Below are positions 25,791-37,700 of a stretch of 64,000 nt of DNA, piece by piece (within the stretch, counting starts at the first letter, position 1; the number at the start of each line of letters is the position of its first letter). The notes under the pieces were generated by a model, which made no database searches, had not been told where the DNA came from, and saw nothing but the letters and a program-made list of their open reading frames with translations. The stretch is from Chrysemys picta bellii (Eukaryota): the NCBI RefSeq assembly GCF_011386835.1, contig NC_088798.1, positions 11,408,001 to 11,472,000 of the forward strand, given 5' to 3'. Made by a program: the position numbers and the translations under genes.

Positions 25791-26040
25791 GTGTTTGTGG
25801 AAGGCAGATGCTGGGTGGACAGCAATGGAGACTGAGATAATATATCCAGTACAGCACAAGCAGCATCAGTGTAATCTTCTCCCCATACTGTCCTGCCATT
25901 GTGCTTCAATCATTGCTCTCTGCTGAGACTACCAGTAAGGGTGCCAACGGTGGTAGTTTACCAGACATGTATTTGAATTGCACTGAGAACCACCAACTTC
26001 TCACATAGGCCAGCTTGATCAGCCTTTTGATAGTAATGAC
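25791..26040 (-). mobile_element. LF-SINE remnant in CPT2 intron 3
   Basis: Reverse complement contains GGCCTATGTGA..AGTTGGTGGTTCTCAGT, TTGGCACCCTTACTGGTAGTCTCAGCAGAGAG and GCACAATGGCAGGACAGTATGGGGA, collinear with the LF-SINE consensus as recalled. Confidence 0.75.
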
Positions 26041-26840
26041 TTTCACTCGTTATTGCCATCCTGTCACCCCAGTATTTCCCTGGCGGAAAGCCCACCTAAG
26101 CTTAATGTTGAGGGGAAATGTGGCAGATTATTATCGTTAACTGGTTTTCTTGAGCATTATTATGTAAATGGATGTGCTGCAGCTGCAACCGGCCCTCTTT
26201 CCCCCGACTTTCAAGTCCTGTTCATTTTTGTTGTTGTTTCCATAAGTGTAACAAAACATCATTATTCCTATGAGGAGGAAGAATGAGTTAAGAGGCTTAT
26301 ATACCATGGTGAGGAGTGGGTTATAAAACCCAACTTGTATGCTAGCTAGTCTTTCAACTCTGGAGATCTGGACTTCAAATTCTGACTTAAGTCATAGCTG
26401 AAAATGAGTGTGGTTTTACTGAGTCCCCAGTGGGAATTAGGGGTTGCTGCAGGGAAGGAATTCAGAAGGGAAGAACAAAAGACACAGGCAGAAGAAAGTG
26501 AGAAATAGAGAAAGAAGGATGAGAAAGGAAGGTAAATGGGACAGAAGTAATGGTGGTCCCAAAGGTGAGCATGTTTTCCCACTGAGTGATGCAACCTAAA
26601 GGCCATGCTGCACTCTAGATCTTTGTGCAAAGCTCCCACGGACATCAGTGGGAGGTCCATTTCTGATTTGGTGGGAATATGTTGCCCTAATGTACCCCAG
26701 TCCATGGATTGTAATTAAATACAGATATTGGAGCTCTCTACCGAATGACTTTGACAGATAATATAGATGGTTCTAAACAGTGCTTTCACAATTAGCCAAT
26801 TTTACCTGTATTAATCTATTTCTCAACTCTCCATTTTTAG

Positions 26841-28145
26841 GTCCCTGGTTTGATATGTATCTAAGTTCACGTGACTCTGTTGTTTTGAATTTTAACCCAT
26901 TTATGTCTTTCAACCCTGACCCAAAAGCTGAATACAATGATCAGCTCACACGAGCAACGAACATGACTGTTTCTGCTATGCGTTTTTTGAAGACTCTCAG
27001 GGCCGGCTATCTAGAGCCAGAGGTTTTTCACCTCAATCCAGACAAAAGTGACACTCAAACCTTTAGGAGACTCATTCGATTTGTGCCTTCATCTTTCTCA
27101 TGGTTTGGTGCCTACATGGTCAATGCATACCCCTTAGATATGTCTCAGTACTTCCGACTTTTCAATTCCACACGATTGCCTAAGCTCAGTCAAGACGAGC
27201 TTTTTACAGATGAAAAAGCAAAGCACTTGCTGGTGCTCAGAAATGGGAATTTTTATGTATTTGATGTCCTTGATAGAGATGGGAATATAGTGAAGCCTTC
27301 TGAAATACAAGCACACCTGAAATACATACTTAGTGACAATAGTCCAGCCCCAGCCTTCCCTCTTGCATATTTGCCCAGTGAAAACCGAGATATATGGGCA
27401 CTACTGAGAGAGAAGCTACTCGATAATGGCAATGAAGAAGTCCTCCAAAAAGTGGATTCTGCTGTCTTCTGTCTATGTTTAGATGACTTCCCCATTAAAG
27501 ACCTTGTGCACTTGTCCCACACCATGTTGCATGGAGATGGTATTAACCGCTGGTATGATAAGTCCTTTAACCTTATCCTAGCCAAAGATGGCAATGCGGC
27601 CATCCATTTTGAACATTCCTGGGGAGATGGTGTGGCTGTATTAAGATTTCAGAATGAAGTATTTAAAGACAGCACCCAGAAGCCAGCTGTCACCCCACAA
27701 TCTCAACCTGCTGCAGTTGACTCTTCCAGCGCTGTGCAGAAACTCAGCTTTAAGTTGAATGATGCCTTAAAAGCAGGAATTACCAAAGCCAAACAGAACT
27801 TCGATGCCACTGTGGAAACCTTGACTCTCGATTTTATTCAGTTTAAGAAAGGAGGCAAGGAGTTTTTAAAGCAGAAGAAGATCAGTCCTGATGCTGTGGC
27901 TCAACTTTCTTTCCAGATGGCTTTCCTTCGGCAGTACGGCCAGACCGTTGCCACATATGAGTCTTGCAGTACGGCAGCTTTCAAACACGGTCGCACAGAG
28001 ACCATCCGTCCTGCCTCCATCTATACAAAGAAGTGCACGGAAGCTTTTGTCAGGCAACCTTCCAAACACAGCACAGAGGAGCTTCAGCAGATGATTGTTG
28101 AGTGCTCAAAGTACCACAGCCAGTTGACAAAAGAAGCTGCTATGG
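26841..28145 (+). CDS. CPT2: CPT2 exon 4 (1305 bp), carnitine acyltransferase catalytic core
   Basis: TTTTAG|GPWFDMYL...[14 protein letters not shown] (catalytic His motif)...[18 protein letters not shown]...KEAAM(G)|GTAAGT. Confidence 0.98.
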
Positions 28146-28314
28146 GTAAGTGTGAGTGTCAGGTCATGGTGATAGAACGTTCGCATTGCTTCACAAAATG
28201 AATCTCATCAGCTTATTTGCTCGTTAATGCTAAACTTTTACAGAAGTCTCACTAAATGTAATTTAATCTAGCTGGAGGGCCTATGCTCATTCAAACTTTG
28301 TAGAATGCCAACTA

Positions 28315-28470
28315 CACCTCTACCCTGATATAACACGGTAAAGCAGTGCTCCGGGGGGGCAGGGCTGCGCACTCCGGCGGATCAAAGCAAGGTCGATATA
28401 ACGCGGTTTCACCTATAACACGGTAAGATTTTTTGTCTCCCGAGGACAGCGTTATATCGGGGTAGAGGTG
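28315..28470. mobile_element. Tc1/mariner-type MITE (TA TSD)
   Basis: TA|CACCTCTACCCTGATATAAC ... GTTATATCGGGGTAGAGGTG|TA. Confidence 0.9.
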
Positions 28471-29289
28471 TAATAGCAGGGCTTTCCAAGTTAAAAAACA
28501 TATTGTTCTTGTGACATTCTTCTTAAGAAGGGAGTGTCTTTGAGTTCCCCTTATTTGCTTCAGACCCACGCACATCAAGATTTTTCCTATACGGTAGATA
28601 AATTACTGTTATACTAGCCCACATGTGGCAGCTAACTGGCTGATGCCCTGGAGAGTGCAACACAAAGCAGGATTTTGGGTTGCTTCATGTATCTGCCTGC
28701 AGGTGGTACTGAGGCCACTGTGCAAACTGGTCTTGGTTCCTTCTGCTGCACCAGTGATAAATTTTCCCAAGTGGCTCTATCTGACCTGACCCTATTGCAT
28801 TTTAAAATAAATCAGAATTAGAGCTTGCTAACTTCTTCTAGATTTTTAGTAAAATGTAGCCTACAGGGCCTTGTCCAATTTTATTGTAATCTCTTTACTG
28901 TTGGTTCAGTAGCCTTTTCCTCTGTAGTTCCTGCCATTTGGAACATGCTATCTCAGACTCTCTTTTAAAGTAATATGAAAACATTTATTCCTTTTTCAAA
29001 CCTCATCTTTTGATCTTCTCCATTTAACTTCTTAACTATTGTTAAAAACCCTTTTTATTAATATTGCAGTAGTGCCTAGATGTCCCAGAGATCATGGCCC
29101 CATTATAGTAGTTGCTAGCTAAATCAGTAAAATAGAGTTCCTGTCCCAGAGAATGGATGTGCTAAAAATGCATTGCAATTTCCTTCTGTAAGGCATATTA
29201 CCATAACTTGTAAGAAAGCTGCTACAGAAAAAACTCTTGTAAGTTTTGTGGCTTTGAAGAGGTGTGATATTTAGTGTGTTAAATAACTA

Positions 29290-29463
29290 CACCTCTACCT
29301 CGATATAACACGAATTCGGATATAACGCGGTAAAGCATTGGTCCGGGGGGTGTGGGGCTACGCACTCTGGTGGATCAAAGCAAGTTCAATATAACGCAGT
29401 TTCACCTATAATGCGGTAAGATTTTGTGGCTCCCGAGGACAGTGTTATATCAAGGTAGACGTG
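29290..29463. mobile_element. Tc1/mariner-type MITE, second copy of the same family
   Basis: TA|CACCTCTACCTCGATATAAC ... GTTATATCAAGGTAGACGTG|TA. Confidence 0.9.
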
Positions 29464-29511
29464 TATTTTCTGTAGAAAAGCAGTGGTTTTCTGTAGTGTT
29501 TTGTATTTTAA

Positions 29512-30181
29512 TGCCACTATATAAATCCATGGTATGCCCATACCTTGACTACTGAGTGCAGTTCTGGTCACCTCATCTCAAAAGATATATTAGAATTGGA
29601 AAGGGTACCAAGAAAGGCAACAAAAATGATTAGGGATATGGAACAACTTCCATATGAGCGGAGATTAAAAAGAATGGGACCCTTCAGCTTTAGAAAAGAG
29701 ACGACTAAGGGGGGATATGATAGAGGTCTATAAAATCATGGATGGTGTGGAGAAAGTGAAAAGGGAAGCATTATTTACCCCTCCACATAACACACAAACC
29801 AGGGGTCACCCAATGAAATTAAGAGGCAGCAGGTTTAAAAACAAATATAAGGAAGTATTTCTTCCCACAACGCACAGTTGACCTGCGAAATTCATTGCCT
29901 GGGATGTTGTGAAGGCTAAAAGTATAACTGGGTTCAAAAAAGAATTAGGTAAGTTCATGGATGATGGGTCCATCATTGGCTATTTAGCCAAGATGGTTAG
30001 GGACACAACCCCATGCTCTGGGTGTCCCTAACCCTCTGACTGCCAGAAGCAGGGACTGGATGACAAGGGATGGATCACTTGATAATTGCTTTGTTTTGTT
30101 CATTCCCTCTGTATCCTCTGGCATTGGCAGTTTGCCTAAGTGAACCATTAGTCTGATCCATCATGGTCATTCTTATGTTCT
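29512..30181 (+). mobile_element. CR1 3' fragment in CPT2 intron 4, sense orientation
   Basis: LPLYKSMV...LERVPRKATKMIR remnant; tail TTCTTATGTTC; 8-bp TSD TATTTTAA at 29504-29511 and 30182-30189. Confidence 0.92.
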
Positions 30182-30192
30182 TATTTTAACAG

Positions 30193-30524
30193 GTCAAGGA
30201 TTTGACCGGCATTTGTTCAGTTTGCGTTATTTGGCAGCATCAAAAGGTATCCCATTACCTGACATCTACCAGGACCAAACCTACGCTCAGCTGAATCACA
30301 ACATTCTGTCCACAAGCACATTGAGCAGCCCAGCTGTGAATATGGGAGGATTTGCTCCAGTGGTGCCGGATGGCTTTGGTGTAGCCTATGGAGTGCATGA
30401 TGATTGGATTGGCTGCAGTGCCTCTTCTTACCCAGCCAGGAATGTACACGAATTCGTCCAGTGTGTGCATAAGTCACTGGAAGATATTTTTCATGTTTTA
30501 GAAGGTAAGCATATCAGTAGGTAG
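30193..30524 (+). CDS. CPT2: CPT2 exon 5 to stop (332 bp); full CDS 1995 nt = 664 aa
   Basis: TAACAG|[16 protein letters not shown]...[16 protein letters not shown]...LEGKHISR*; phases of all five exons join without frameshift. Confidence 0.97.
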
Positions 30525-31214
30525 GCACAACAGGGCTGGGATACTTTTTTTTAATGCACAATATAAAATGTTTGGATCAAGATCACTTCTGATCATGTGT
30601 GGCTGAATGTGGAAAAATGTTGCTAGTGCTAATTTACTAAGCATTTTGACTGGGATTTTCAAAGGAGTCTATAAGAATTAAGTGACCAACTTGCACTGAA
30701 TTTCCATGGGAGTTAAGCACCTTTTGAAAATCTTAGCCATATAAAGAAATTAAGTGCAAGCGCCTGCATGCGATATTCAGGAAATACTTAATTCTGATAT
30801 TCTGAACTGTTAGATAATGGAATATAAAATGTTCTTAAAATATAACAGAGGCATTAAATATTCATTTCTAGAAAGGAACTTTAGTAGTGTACTGATTAAA
30901 CTTGAGCTTAAGATCTATGAGTGTTCATGTTTACATTGGGAACGAGAAACTACATTTGAACAATGTTGTAACATCTACAAAAGTTGTATTCAGTTGTAAA
31001 TCCTACACATGTGATATGCTCACTTACTAGATCAGTCATCTTTATTTTTCTTGTTAAATTTGAATCAGTGTCAAACTAACTGCCTCTTCTGTTGGAAGCA
31101 TTTCCAATATAATGATTGGTTTAAATGAAAACGTGAGACTTTAACAATACCAACAACTGTAATCATGTGTTAAATCTTCAAACTGTTAAGAAATTGGTTG
31201 GACAATAATGTTTA

Positions 31215-31220
31215 AATAAA
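31215..31220 (+). terminator. Candidate CPT2 polyadenylation signal AATAAA
   Basis: AATAAA about 690 nt after the CPT2 stop in AT-rich sequence; usage not demonstrated. Confidence 0.45.
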
Positions 31221-31674
31221 GCTACCTATGACATGGTTGAAGAAATGTTTTAGTAGTATCTCAGGATTAGGGATTTGAGAGTTCCTGGTGTGAAGAGTTT
31301 ACACTTTTAAAATAAGCATACAAAGGCTGATAGAGGAATACAGTCAAATGCATATACTTTTTAGATAAACTTAATTTATAAAGTGTCAATTATTTCTGTT
31401 TGTACATCTGCCCTATAATCTGTTTTGTGTTCCCTTGCATAAGCCTGTATCTTTAATACTGAAAAATCATTTCTCATTAACTTCTCCATAGGCTAGTGCT
31501 GCTTTTCTTTCCCAAATATCTCTCTCCTATGGTGGAGAAGGAATCACCATCAGCCATTCTCCTTAATGACTATTTCCTACCTCCTCTAGAACTCTCCAGA
31601 CTTCTTGATGGCACCACGAGTATCTGTTGGAACCTTTCAGCCTATTTGCCAAGGCAAGTGGCAGGGATGTCTTA

Positions 31675-31958
31675 GGGCTTGTCTATACTTACGCGCTGGT
31701 TCGGCGGCAGGCAATCGAACTTCTGGGTTCGATTTATCGCGTCTTGTCTGGACGCGATAAATCGAACTCAGAAGTGCTCCCCATCGACTCCGGTAATCCT
31801 GCTCGCCGCGAGGAGTACGCGGAGTCGACGGGGGAGCCTGCCTGCCGCGTCTGGACCGCGGTAAGTTCGAACTAAGGTACGTCGACTTCAGCTACGTTAT
31901 TCACGTAGCTGAAGTTGCGTACCTTAGTTCGATTTGGGGGTTTAGTGTAGACCAAGCC
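31675..31958. mobile_element. Young Harbinger-type MITE with three internal hairpins
   Basis: TIRs GGGCTTGTCTATACT / AGTGTAGACCAAGCC; CpG-rich; about 11 differences from the copy at 43103 by manual alignment. Confidence 0.9.
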
Positions 31959-33520
31959 CTAGTATTTGCAGATTTAAGATGTCTCTGAAATGAAGGCATT
32001 GGGCTTGAGGTGGGAGAGGTTCAAGGAGCTTTCCAACAGGCACAGTAGAATTTCCTGAAGGACAGCAGCAGCATCTGCTAGATTTAGTCCAGATCTTGTA
32101 ACTCTAGAGTCACATTAATTTGATGCCAAAAATCTGATGTGACACCCAATGCAGCAGAATTCATACAAAAGACATAAGAACGTTTGCTCTCCAGGAGTGC
32201 CCCCTCCCTTCAATTGTTGAGTACTGTCACTGGTCCTTGCTTTGGGGCTCTATCTTTTGCATTAGCATCTCTATTAAAAACACGCTTACCCATCTCAAAA
32301 AAAAAAAAAAAAAAAGTTGGTGGCTGCTCTGGAGAGGGAAAGTATCTCTATGCCTCAACCCCATCCCGTCTATTTTGAAAGCGCAAAAGACAATTCTCTT
32401 CCCTGTTGAATAGCAGTGGTTCCTTCCTCTGCTGCCAGCTTTTCAAAATAGCACTAAAAGTGTCCATTTCACAGCTGTGTGAACAGTACCAAAACATAAC
32501 ATGTTGGTAGACGGTATATTCTAAGTGCATGGTGCTAGGATGTCACTGATAAGATTCATAGGACCAGAAGTTTAGTTGCCTTCAGTTTTTCTTTGTGTCA
32601 TATAGTTTCCCCCAGTTCTTTGTTTTATCAGAAAGTGATACAGTATGAGTGCAACTAGTGAACACAAGATGCTATAACTTATGTATAAAATGAATCACAG
32701 TTACCAGGGTGAAGCAACCCTAAACCACAGGCCTCTCCAGACTCCTATCTATCAATATGTAGCAGGGCTTTTTATCCCTCTGCAGGCTGCTGCTAGAAGG
32801 CAGGACACTAGATGTGCTGCACTTACTTTGCTGTTGAGACTTTGGTGAATGATGATTTCCTAGGGCTGAAGAGTACATTTGGGTTTGGGGAAAAAACCTT
32901 ACAGAACAGATAGGGAAAGACTAGGGGTTTTTAGGGGTGGGGGAAGGTATTAATAAATTCAAAACCTCTGAAGTACTTGGCTGTTTCCTTTAAATGAAGA
33001 TGTCAACTATTCAAGAGGGAAAATATTTGCATACGGAGTGGGGTAAAAAAATTGATGACTGTGTAAAGATCATTTGGTTTTCAGAAGATAGTTATACATA
33101 AATGTAAACAAATACAAACTTTAAGCTAAAACGTTAACTAAGTTGTCACTTAGCATTTAAAATACAAGTCAGTTGGCAGGAAATGGTAACAGCAGGTTTA
33201 CTTGAACTAGCAGGAAACTATTACAAGGATGTACTTCTGGCTTCAAGCCCTAACACCTGCAATTACCTAATGTGCCAATGACGAAGATCAAGACTGAAAG
33301 TTATTTATATAATAGGGTATTTTGCCAATGATAAATCCTTCCATGTTGTCTTTAACCCTGAGGCCAATGACTATTTAGTATATGTTGTTAAATCTGTCTC
33401 CAAAGGGCCAATGTGTTAGTCAAGAAATACAGCAAGGCCTTCCAATATTAGGTTTGGCTGTACTGAGTTTCATCTGAGTGAATTACTTGAACACAACCAA
33501 TCAGACTGGTGGAAAATGAC

Positions 33521-33526
33521 TTTATT
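33521..33526 (-). terminator. Candidate CZIB polyadenylation signal AATAAA (a second at 33659-33664)
   Basis: TTTATT on the plus strand about 150 nt after the CZIB stop. Confidence 0.45.
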
Positions 33527-33674
33527 AGTCAGTCTTGGAACAGCAAGTACAACTCAGCTGATATTATATTTGATTGTTGAAGTACAGCCATACAGAAAGT
33601 CACTCCAGAGGAACTTCTATAATGACTACAGCCCATTACTTGGCCAAGGTGTCAAGATTTTATTAAAAGCAGTT

Positions 33675-33752
33675 TTAGCATTTTAGAAACTTATGGATAA
33701 CTTCATAGATTCCAACAGACTCCTTTATTTTTTCATCATAGTCATTCCAGTC
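33675..33752 (-). CDS. CZIB: CZIB exon 8 to stop (78 bp); full CDS 483 nt = 160 aa
   Basis: CCTACAG|DWNDYDEKIKESVGIYEVIHKFLKC*. Confidence 0.95.
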   Translation of the reverse strand, partial: DWNDYDEKIKESVGIYEVIHKFLKC

Positions 33753-34167
33753 CTGTAGGAATTCAAATTTTACAGCATTAATACAAAACAAAATGGGGTA
33801 GTATTTAAAATCACAAATTGGAATATCAATTAACCTTATCAGCATTCCGAATTTGGGTTCTACACTGTCTGCAGGAAGGGTTTATGCCCTTAACCCTTTC
33901 CAGTTCTATGTCCAACAGAAGTGAACATCAAACAAATTAAATTAGCTTCAAGCTTCTTAGTAGTTTTAGCTTAAGGAATCAGATTTTCTGTATCTGAAGA
34001 CTGTAGCCAGTAACAGACACGCTAGCAACCATGGTGCGTGAAAGGATTATTTACACTACTTATTCTCATGAGTCAGACAAGCCAATCTTCCTGTCATGTG
34101 GAATACCAAAGACAGGAACTGAGCCTGAGATATTTGCTCACGGCCAATGAAGATTTGGAGCATCTAT

Positions 34168-34308
34168 GGGCTTGTCTACATGGAACAGCAATAGGTCAAA
34201 ATGCACTATGGAATTTTTACTGTGCAGTAGCAGGATGTGCATGCCTGGCTACTGTGCTGTGGTTCACACCCAGCCTGCTGTGCCCTAAGTCTCTGTGTAC
34301 GCAGGCCC
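34168..34308. mobile_element. Degenerate Harbinger-type MITE in CZIB intron 7
   Basis: GGGCTTGTCTACATG ... TGTGTACGCAGGCCC ends; no matching TSD. Confidence 0.5.
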
Positions 34309-34714
34309 AAAGAGTCTTATGCTGAGCTTCAAAGCAGACTGCACATCACTATTCAACACCTGGAAGAGTTCTCAGGAGTTGTCCCAATAGTTTTAGAGCA
34401 AAAGAAAACCAGTGCCCCCATAAAAATCTGCCACTTGATCAAGAGACCATGATTTGGGTGTCCTGCCAACATTTTTTCAAGAGCAAGCTGCAATTATACC
34501 ATGACTATTCAAAATACTGAAGATGTGCATCCTAGACACTTCCAAATAAGCACCCTGAGGTACACACTAATGCTGAGCACTCATGTTTGAAGGTTGTTTC
34601 CTCCTCCACTTAAGATTTGTGCATGCATGCCACTTTAAAGCACATAAAGCCAGACTTTTAAATGGGTGATTGCTATTTCTGGGGATAGGGATACTGAGGA
34701 AAAATAAGTTGTAC

Positions 34715-34780
34715 CTTTTCCAGCAAGTTTATTTCATTAAAAGGTGTGCCAGACTCTGCACCTTCCGCAGCAAACCCAGC
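34715..34780 (-). CDS. CZIB: CZIB exon 7 (66 bp)
   Basis: TTTGTAG|AGFAAEGAESGTPFNEINLLEK|GTACAA. Confidence 0.94.
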
Positions 34781-36443
34781 CTACAAAAGCAGAATTAAAA
34801 TAAATTTAGGTATGAGTTGTAATAAGTCTTAAATATGTTTAAAATAGTTCAACAAACAAGGTTATCCAGTACAAGTATTTATTTTAGTGGAGCTAGCGGT
34901 CTTACAAGTAGGTATAAAGAGTGACCAAATTATTATGTGACCTATGGTTTCAATACAGGGTATGACCCTCTGTTTAATAATCAAGGAGAGTTTAAGCCTG
35001 ACTGTTCATGCCCAAGTTTTATTTTTACATATGTTCAATTCCAAAGGATACAATGGATGTAGAGTTCGGTTGTATCCGGAAGCTATAGGAACATTACTAA
35101 AACTATACAAGTAATATTGTAAAGCAAGGAAACATCAGTTTTCCAGAACACACCTGTTTTTCCTGCAAATTATTTTTTCTAACTTGTTTTTTCCCCAAAA
35201 AATCTCTATGGCATGACAGGTTTCTAAGCGTATCCAGTACGTCTGTTAGCAGTGAATGCATTAGATTAAAATTGTCACCAAGATACTTCAAGGCATTTTA
35301 GAAACAGTGTACTCCATTTTAATAGCAAGCTAACAATGGAAAGCAAGAGAGGAAAAAAGACAAGTCTTCAGTTTTGGTTTAAACAGCATGAGAACCCAGA
35401 CATCTCTGGCAAAAGGTGCCAAGTGTTTGTAACTATCATCATCCTGTGTAGTTCATTTAGTTACAGAGGAGTCAAGCAAACTCCCACAAGGAGGCGAATC
35501 AACTAGATTTTAATTGTAACTAGATTAGATTCCACCCAAGCAGCACAATTTCAGAGTGAGATCTGCATGATTCTTTGTCTACGTAACCTATCCTTTCTAG
35601 CAGAAACTGACCTGAGATAACTACACTTAAGTCTCCACAGGTGCACGCATGAGCAGTGACAATGCTTCACTCATCCAGTCTCACCATCCCCCCCTCCCCA
35701 AACAATGAAACTAAAGGGAATTACTGGGGAATAGAGAGATCAGCCAAGGTGGCTGCAACTCTGGGATCCAGCACATAAAGCAATGGATGCATTTCCAAAG
35801 AAGGTACAGTTGGGGTTAAAAAAAATATTGGTATTTAAATTACAGATTAATGTTTTGTTGGTCAACAAAATTCGTCAAGAATTTAAGAACAATGACACAA
35901 ATTAAAGGATGGACAACGTAAGAAGCCTTCCTGTGAGCTACTTGGATTCTTTTTATTTTTATGTTTATGTTTAAACAAACAACTGTCTATGGTATAAGGA
36001 GAACTCTTTCCCGGTTTTGCAAACTGAAACGCATATCGGACCTGCTCCTTGTAGACATAAATCCCCACTAGCTTCCATGAGAAGTTTGAGTGTACAAGGA
36101 ATGTGCTCTCTGGCCATAAACTTTGAAATGTTTTGGGAATCTGTGAAAATTAAGAATTCAGTCATACACATCCCACAATGCGTGACAAATGTCAATTGGA
36201 GTGGTGCATTTAGATCAAACGTTGTACGCAGCATTTACACGAGCAGAATCACAAACCCATGTGGGGGGGAGGAGACAGCAGTACAAGAGAAGATGCATCT
36301 CCACCAGCCACAATACAGAACTGCAACAGAGCAAAGAATGGAAGTGGAAGGGATACAGAGCCAACATCACCCAGTACACATTTAACAGAGATCCATGGAA
36401 CATTAAATCATGTGACAGGCTGTTGTAATTCCAGCAGAACTTA

Positions 36444-37700
36444 CTCCTGGGGGAATTCTGCACCACTGCATGCACAGAATTCATGTCCCCCGCAGATTTC
36501 TTCGCATCCCTGCAGAACAATGACTTACTGACAGGGAAGCTGTAAGAGCAGTCATGCACCACTCCCTTGCAGTGGGAGTACATCATTTAAGGCACACGGA
36601 GCAGCTGGTGGAGAGAGAAATCACCACAGGACTGGGGATTCCTCAGCCAGTGGCTCCTACCCTGAGCTGGGATCAGCTGCTAGTCCAGACTGCTGGAGGC
36701 AGGAGAGGACGGCACTTTCTCTTCCCCTGCAAGCAGTGCCTGGGACTGTGTCAGACTCACCCCCAGGAACCTCCCCCAGGTGCAGGAAGCTCAGAATCCT
36801 CCCCTGCTTCTTGCCCCCATTGCTTCTCAGCTGTGGGGGGAGAGGTCACTATCCAGGGAGCTGCTCCCCCATCCATCCGTACCGCCCATACCCAGACACC
36901 CCTGCCAAGCCTCACCCAGTACATCCAGAACCCCCCTAGCCCTCCATACCCAAACCCCACCAAACCTCAACCCTCGCATCTGGAGCCCCCCTGCACCCAG
37001 ACCCCCACCCCTGTGCCCAGACCAAACTCCCACTGAGCTCCCTGCACTCAAATCCCCATTCTGAAGAGCCCCAACACCCCAAGCCCCCACATCTAGACCC
37101 CCATGCCACTGACCTCCAACTAGCTGCATGCAGGCCCTCAGGTCACCAAGCCTCACTCCCCCAGCACCCAGACCCCTCTGCTGAGACCTCCACACCCAGA
37201 CCCTCTGCTGAACCCCAACCACCTTCACCTGGAAGCCCCTGCAGAGTCTCATTACCCCTGTACCTGGAACCTCCCCCCCCCCCAACAAGCCTCTGTGCAT
37301 CCAGATCCCCCCCCCGACCCCCCCTCCCCGAGCTGCCTGTACCCAGATTGTCCCACGCAGAATCCTCTCACCCCACAACAAGATCCCTCCACACTGAGCC
37401 CCTCCACACTTGGCTCCTGCCTGCCCCACACCTGGTGCAGAGGGGCAGGGCCCCAAGGTGTTTCTGGGGCAGACCCATGCCTTGTGCTGTGTTAGGGTCA
37501 GGTGCAACCTCACCACTGAGTCCGTGCCCCCGGGGTGGGGGAACTGCAGGGTGATCTCCCTCCTTCGTGCAGCCAGTGGCCTGTCCTCCCCCCTGCCATG
37601 CTGGAGCCTCTGCATTTATTTATTGACAAATCAAACTTGCAGAATTTTAAAATATTGTGTGCAGAATTTTTAATGTTTTGGCACAGACTGTTCTCAGGAG
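36444..37700. mobile_element. TA-flanked non-autonomous DNA transposon with C-rich interior
   Basis: TA|CTCCTGGGGGAATTCTGC ... CAGACTGTTCTCAGGAG|TA; interior has ACCCC-rich repeats that generate spurious ORFs. Confidence 0.7.

Noticed and set aside
27134-28094. Antisense and alternative-frame ORFs over CPT2 exon 4 (also exon 5)
   Set aside because: Shadow frames of a real coding exon.
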